This document shows positions 10,057-15,118 of a stretch of DNA of 15,118 bases, in pieces. The notes beneath the pieces were generated by a model. That model did not search any database. It saw only the letters and a list, made by a program, of their open reading frames with translations, and had not been told where the DNA came from. The stretch's first letter is position 1. Each line of letters opens with the position of its first letter. Where the stretch lies: assembly GCA_051294375.1 (NCBI GenBank), contig JBJCIZ010001639.1, forward strand, positions 1 to 15,118, read 5' to 3'. This stretch comes from Paraspadella gotoi (taxonomy: Eukaryota > Animalia > Chaetognatha). Both the position numbers and the translations under genes were made by a program.

Positions 10057-10281
10057 GGCGACGGAGAGTGGTCAGCTCAGGGTGGCGAGAGGTGAGAGAG
10101 AGAAGTTGCGGTGCCCGGATGCAGAGTCGGCGGCGCCCGGATGCAGGGTCGTCAGCGCCCGGATGCAGTGCGGCGGCGCCCAGACGGCTGCGGCGCCGCG
10201 GAGTCACTAGTTTAGTCAGTTCACGTGACGACTCGGGCATGTCTTTATTTTCTGGTTCCGGCGGCAGATTACGAAGATCGT
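10057..10281 (-). other. Probable 5' UTR part of the first coding exon, preceded by a 3' splice acceptor
   Basis: A long CT-rich tract ends in TCTCTGCTCTCCCACAG|AC (AG at 10282-10283). A GC-rich segment follows up to the ATG, implying an upstream non-coding exon or a trans-splice site. Confidence 0.55.
10109..10197. repeat. GC-rich 22-bp tandem repeat (about 4 copies) in the p35 5' UTR
   Basis: gcccggatgcag occurs at 10113, 10135 and 10157, with a degenerate gcccagacggctg at 10178. Confidence 0.9.
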
Positions 10282-10289
10282 CTGTGGGA

Positions 10290-10313
10290 GAGCAGAGAGA
10301 TGAGCGGAGAACC

Positions 10314-10345
<32 letters not shown>

Positions 10346-10567
10346 GAGATGAGAGAAAGAGATGAGAGAGAGTGAAAATTAAGGCGAAATTGATGCCTTG
10401 GGCGTAATGAACTGAGTTCGAAAGGAAATAGAGAGCGAAAGAGAAAAAAAGGAAAAAAAAGAAAGAAGAAATTGATAGTTCGAGATTAATGAGGCTGAGA
10501 AGAGAGAGAGAGAGATCGAGAGAGAAGAGAGAGAGAGACGAGATGGAGAGAGAGAGAGAGAGAGAGA
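10290..10567. repeat. Interrupted (GA)n / purine-rich tracts upstream of the first coding exon
   Basis: Several GA runs at about 10314-10372 and 10496-10567. Confidence 0.85.
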
Positions 10568-11585
10568 CTGCTCAGTTAAGCGGCGAAGATGAAAAAGAAA
10601 TTATGGGTGTTCAACATTTCGCTAAGCAAATAAAGAGAAAAAATTAAAAAATAAACTAAAAAATGATAGAAGTCATAAAGAAAGAAGGAAATAAGGGTAT
10701 ATATTAATTATATATGATAATATATGTTTATATATATATATATGTTTATATGAAAGAAAGAAGAGATAAAGGGAGATAGAAAATAATTGAAAGATAGAAA
10801 GTAAAATAATAGATAAAAGATAGAGAGAAATGGATTGAAGATAGGAAAGATAGAAAGAGAGAAGAAGAAAGAAAGTCCAGCGACGCCTAAGAGAGTGAAT
10901 AATTGCTCATTTTTAGTTCCCAAAACCGAAATCAAGGGAAGAATCCCTTTTTATTCTTTTATATCTGTTTCGTTCCCCATTGCAGAATTAACTTGACTAC
11001 ACCATCTGGATTAAACGATCCCCGAGTCTTTTCCTCTTTTATCTCCTTCCCTTGGAAACTCACTTTCTTAACTGTGTGTTTCCTTTTCCTTTATTTTACT
11101 TAGTATTATTAGCTTGTACAATGGTACATACTCGGATTTTTTTTTCCAAGCATGCCCCATTTTTTTAAATTGGGAATTCGATACATTTTTGTAAAGATAA
11201 GGTTACATGTTAGGGATCTAGGTTAGTGATTAAAGTTAAGATAGATTTATATATTATATATTTTAGTTAATATTTTAAAATAAAAGTTAGATTCTGGGAT
11301 GAATGAATATATCAGAAATGAGAGCCCAACTCTCCACCTTCTCTTTAGAAAAAAAAACCTTAACGAAAGAAAAAATAATATTTTGCTCATTTTTTTGGTT
11401 TCGATCCTCTTAAAGTCTTGGATCGTTTTCGTTGACATCGGATTGATGAATCTCTGCAAGTTATCGATCTGAATTCGTACTTGTCGTTGTTGTCGTTGTT
11501 GTTGTTGTCGAGACCGCACGACGAAAAAGAATCGATGAACAAAAAACAAACAAAACTCGATGAAGATTTGTAAATGATGGAGACG

Positions 11586-11587
<2 letters not shown>

Positions 11588-11665
<78 letters not shown>

Positions 11666-11916
11666 AGATGAGAGAGAGAGAGAGAGAGAGAGAAAAGACA
11701 TCATTTTTGTGGGCGACGAGAGCGGAGAGAGAGGAGAGGCGGAGAAGGAGCACACTCCTTTCTCTCGCTCTTCTCTCGCCTCCTCGCGCCGCTCAATCAT
11801 ATGCAAATGATCTTTCTTTTGCTCTCTCTCTCTCTTCTCTCTCTTCTCTCTCTCTTCTCTCTCTCTCTCTCCTCTTCTCTCTCTCTCTCTCTCTCCTCTT
11901 CTCATCTCTCTCTCTC
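11588..11916. repeat. Imperfect inverted repeat: (GA)n arm, symmetric core, (CT)n arm
   Basis: (GA)n at 11588-11693 and (CT)n at 11822-11916. The inner sequence is also complementary (agaaaagacatcattt vs aaatgatctttctttt; ggagaaggag vs ctcctttctc). The centre is near 11752. Confidence 0.75.
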
Positions 11917-12241
11917 ACGCGCATTCAACAGCCGTGTCTCGAGAAAAAAAACGTTAGATTCGCTGCGGAGACACGCGGGCGAAAGAAATGAAGGGAGGAG
12001 GTAGGAAAGGGAAAAAGGAGAAAGGATGGATGAGGAAGGAAAGGAAAGAATGGAAAAAATTTGGTTTTGGTATTTTTATTTGAATGAAAAAAACCTGAGT
12101 CCCAAATGGGGAAAAAAATGAGCAAAGAACAAAAAACAGAGCGAAACGAAATGTGTGAAAAGAAAGAATTGTGGAGGAAAGAAGGAGAGGATAAATGAGA
12201 AAAACTGGATTGGTAATGGGACATAACGAAGTAAAAAAGTA

Positions 12242-12243
<2 letters not shown>

Positions 12244-12307
<64 letters not shown>

Positions 12308-12610
12308 AAGAGAGAGAAGTAAGAGAGATAGAGAGAGAGAAATAAAGAGAAGAGGAAAAAGAAAAGAAATGAGGCGAGAAAATAAAAAACAGAACAAAGA
12401 AAAAGAAAAATGGGAAGACAGAAAAATGGAAAAAGAGGCAGAGGAAAAAGTAGATAGAAAAATTAGAATAAAGAATAAAAGAAAAAAAAGGAAAAAGAAG
12501 AGAAAAGAAAAGAAAAAAAAGGAAAAAATAAAAGAAAAGAAAGAAAAGAAAAGAAAGAAAAGAAAAGAAAAGAAAAGAAAGAAAGAAAAGAAAAAGAAAA
12601 GAAAAGACAA
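12244..12610. repeat. (GA)n followed by A/G low-complexity and (GAAAA)n repeats
   Basis: Direct inspection. Confidence 0.9.
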
Positions 12611-12882
12611 GACAAGTTATAGAGAGAGAAAAAAGAAATTTCTCAACCGTTTTCATCAATGGACCAAAGACCGTTGGATATTTATTCGAATTGCGACCCG
12701 TTAACAGAAGAAGAGAACTATTCGATATCGATACCGGCCGGTCGTCGTCTTCGTCGTCGTTCCGTCTGTCGTTCGTCGTCGTCCTCTTTAGGCGAATCTT
12801 TAAGAATCGAATTATATAAATGAGTTGAGATGGAGATTGATTGGAGTGAGGTTAAGAGGAGAGTCAGCGTGATTGGCAAAGA

Positions 12883-12886
<4 letters not shown>

Positions 12887-12957
<71 letters not shown>

Positions 12958-12971
12958 AGAGAGAGAGAGAG
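12887..12971. repeat. (GA)n microsatellite
   Basis: Nearly perfect dinucleotide run. Confidence 0.95.
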
Positions 12972-13070
12972 GAAGTGCAGGAACTAAATCAAACAGTTGC
13001 CGCTTTGATTAGTGTCCGGGACACGCAGCCATAGCAAATTTATTTTGTTTTTTTGGCTTTTTTTTGAAGC

Positions 13071-13380
13071 GAAAGGAAAAGAAAGGAAAGAAAGAAAGAA
13101 AGAAAGAAAGAAGAAAGAAAAAAGAAAGAAAGAAGAAAGAGAAAGAAGAGAAAGAAAGAAAGAAAGAAAGAAATTAAAAAAAGAAAGAAAGAAAAGAAAA
13201 AGGAGAAAAGGAAAAAAAGTAAAGGGAGTAAAAGAGAGAAAGGAAGAGAGGAGGAAAGCAAAAAGAAGGGAAGAAAAAAAGGAAAAGAAAAGGAGGGAGG
13301 AAGAAGAAGAAAGAAGAAACAAAGAAAAAACGAACAAGGAAAAAGAACAAGAAAGAAAAGGAAAACAAAGAAACTAAAAG
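13071..13380. repeat. (GAAA)n-type polypurine tract
   Basis: Direct inspection. Confidence 0.9.
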
Positions 13381-13833
13381 AACAAAGAAGTGTAACAGAG
13401 AGAAGAGAATTCGAAACGACAGAAGACGATGCGACATTGTCGATGCAATAACTCCAGACGCGATGACGAACGACGACGACGACGACCGACGACGGACGAA
13501 TTCATGCTTTAGTTTACACGAAAGATCGATAAAATTTTATTATTACAATAGTATTAACGAGTAAACGTGGAAAAAGAAAATAGGAAAAAAAAAAACGAAT
13601 GACGAAAATAGGAATTTAGTAAAAGTTATTTACAGTAGATATTTGAAATTTCGCTGTATAATTTAGAATTAGTTTAATATACTTATTCATGTTAATATGT
13701 TTGTTTATAAAACTGCTTTGCTCAAATAAAAACTTCCTCTCCTTCCATAGACTCTATTTAATATATTACGCCCCGCGAGAGTGATATTTATGGAACCTAT
13801 CAAAGCGAATGCGTAGACAGGACAACAGCACTG

Positions 13834-13850
13834 AGAGAGAGAGAAGAGAG

Positions 13851-13925
<75 letters not shown>
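13834..13925. repeat. (GA)n microsatellite
   Basis: Direct inspection. Confidence 0.95.
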
Positions 13926-13928
<3 letters not shown>

Positions 13929-14059
13929 CCGCAAGCCTACGAATCACACCGACGGGCGACCACCGTGTATAAACGGCGGGTGAGTCACGCGAGTACAAAG
14001 CGGTTGAGGAAAGTGAAAGGGAAAAGGGAGAATTTTAAGGAAAGAAAGAAAATGGGTCG

Positions 14060-14730
14060 GGGAGGAAAGGAGGAAAAAAAGAAAGGGTAGGAAAGGAGGA
14101 GGAAAGAAATGAGTGGAGGAAGGGGAGAAAGAAAAGAGTGGAGGAAAGGAATAGAAAAAAAAGGGTAGGAATGGGAGGAGAAAAGAAAAGGAGAAAAAAG
14201 GAGGAGAAGAAAAAAGAGTGGAGGAAGAAGAAGAAAAGAAAAGAGTGGAGAAAGAGGAGAAAAGAAAAGAGTGGAGGAAAGGAGGAGAAAAGAAATGAGT
14301 GGAGGAAAGGAGGAGAAGAAAAGAGTGGAGGAGAGGAGAAAAGAAAAGGAGAAAAGGAGGAGAAAAAAAAGAGTGGAGGAAGAGAAGAAAGAAAGAGTAG
14401 AGGAAAGGAGGAAAGAAAAGAGTGGAGAAAAGGAGGAGAAGAAAGAGTGGAGGAAAGGAGGAAAAGAAATGAGGAAAGAAAGGAAAGAAAAAGGGGAGAA
14501 GGGGAGAAAAGAAAAGAGTAGAGGAAGGAGGAGAAAAGAAAAGAGTAGGAAAGGTGGAGAAAAGAAAAGTGTAGGAAAGGAGGAGAAAAGAAAAGAGTGG
14601 AAGAAGAGGAAAAGAAAAGGGAGGAAAGGAGGAGAAAAGAAAAAGTAGGAAAGGAGGAGAAAAGAAAGAGTAGGAAAGGAGGGAAAGGAGGAGAAAAAAA
14701 AGAGTGGGAGGAAGGTAGGAAAAGGAGAAA
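14060..14730. repeat. Polypurine minisatellite with a ~26-28 bp unit (gagtggaggaaaggaggagaaaagaaaa-like)
   Basis: The unit recurs, e.g. at 14269, 14297 and 14323, with gagtagg variants toward the right end. Confidence 0.85.
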
Positions 14731-14835
14731 ATACGGGGACAGGAGAAAATAGAAAAGAAAAATATTTGGAAAGGAGGAAAGTATGAAAAAGGAGAGAGAT
14801 CTTCTGAAATATATGTTTTAATGTTACAAATTACA

Positions 14836-14956
14836 AAAAATAAATAAATAATAAATAAATAATAAATAAATAATAAATAAATAAATAAATAAATAAATAA
14901 TAAATAAATAAATGAATGAATGAATGATGAATGAATGAATGAATGAATGAATGAAT
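14836..14956. repeat. Compound (AAAT)n-(AATG)n microsatellite
   Basis: Direct inspection; the motif switches near 14911. Confidence 0.93.
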
Positions 14957-15118
14957 AATAATATATAAAAAATATAAAAGCTATAGAAAATTGAGATGTA
15001 GAAACGTGAACTTGAAAAAGTGTAGGTGAACAGAAGACACGCTTGAGATAAAAGTGATGACATGTGGCAAACGTTGAGATTATTATAGATGGCGTTTCCA
15101 AGTGACGCGACGACGTGG

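Noticed and set aside
11482-11512. cgttgttgttgttg resembling part of a PacBio hairpin adapter
   Set aside because: The rest of the adapter is missing and the flanks are not reverse complements of each other; more likely a (GTT/GTC)n microsatellite.
13968-13987. TATAAA plus an AP-1 site (TGAGTCA)
   Set aside because: These are short motifs, the TATA is on the opposite strand to p35, and there is no downstream initiator or gene evidence.
11247-15101. Long ORFs (e.g. 13944..15101, 11925..12659, 12369..12704, 13012..13377)
   Set aside because: These are F/S/L- or E/R/K-only translations of GA/GAAA simple repeats that lack stops by composition, with no domain signal.

Overview
This is eukaryotic (very probably invertebrate metazoan) genomic DNA, not prokaryotic or viral. 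It is AT-rich and full of microsatellites, and it carries a very high density of single-base indels, as expected of an uncorrected long read or unpolished assembly. The main feature is missed by the ORF track: a complete, intron-rich, minus-strand gene for the Cdk5 activator p35 (CDK5R1/Cdk5alpha family). It starts at ATG 10056 (MGTVLSFSP...) and has seven coding exons bounded by GT-AG sites. These exons carry the p35 motifs in the correct order (LKRxSIFI..W, KSxSCxNL, KKTVIQxxxSELL..C.GEFL, DAVMW.R.VDRS.LLQGWQ, AFINPANVVFVY, SYSYMGNEIS, FWDRCLS...FFTEIFTELK). A long, unusual low-complexity C-terminal extension may follow. The left 3.5 kb holds weaker fragments of a convergent plus-strand C2H2 zinc-finger gene. 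The right 5 kb is probable upstream intron/promoter sequence made of purine-rich micro- and minisatellites, including a ~330-bp fold-back that contains an octamer motif. Most ORFs in the supplied track are translations of simple repeats. I found no convincing wholly novel biological system; the best leads concern the p35 gene structure and its regulation.
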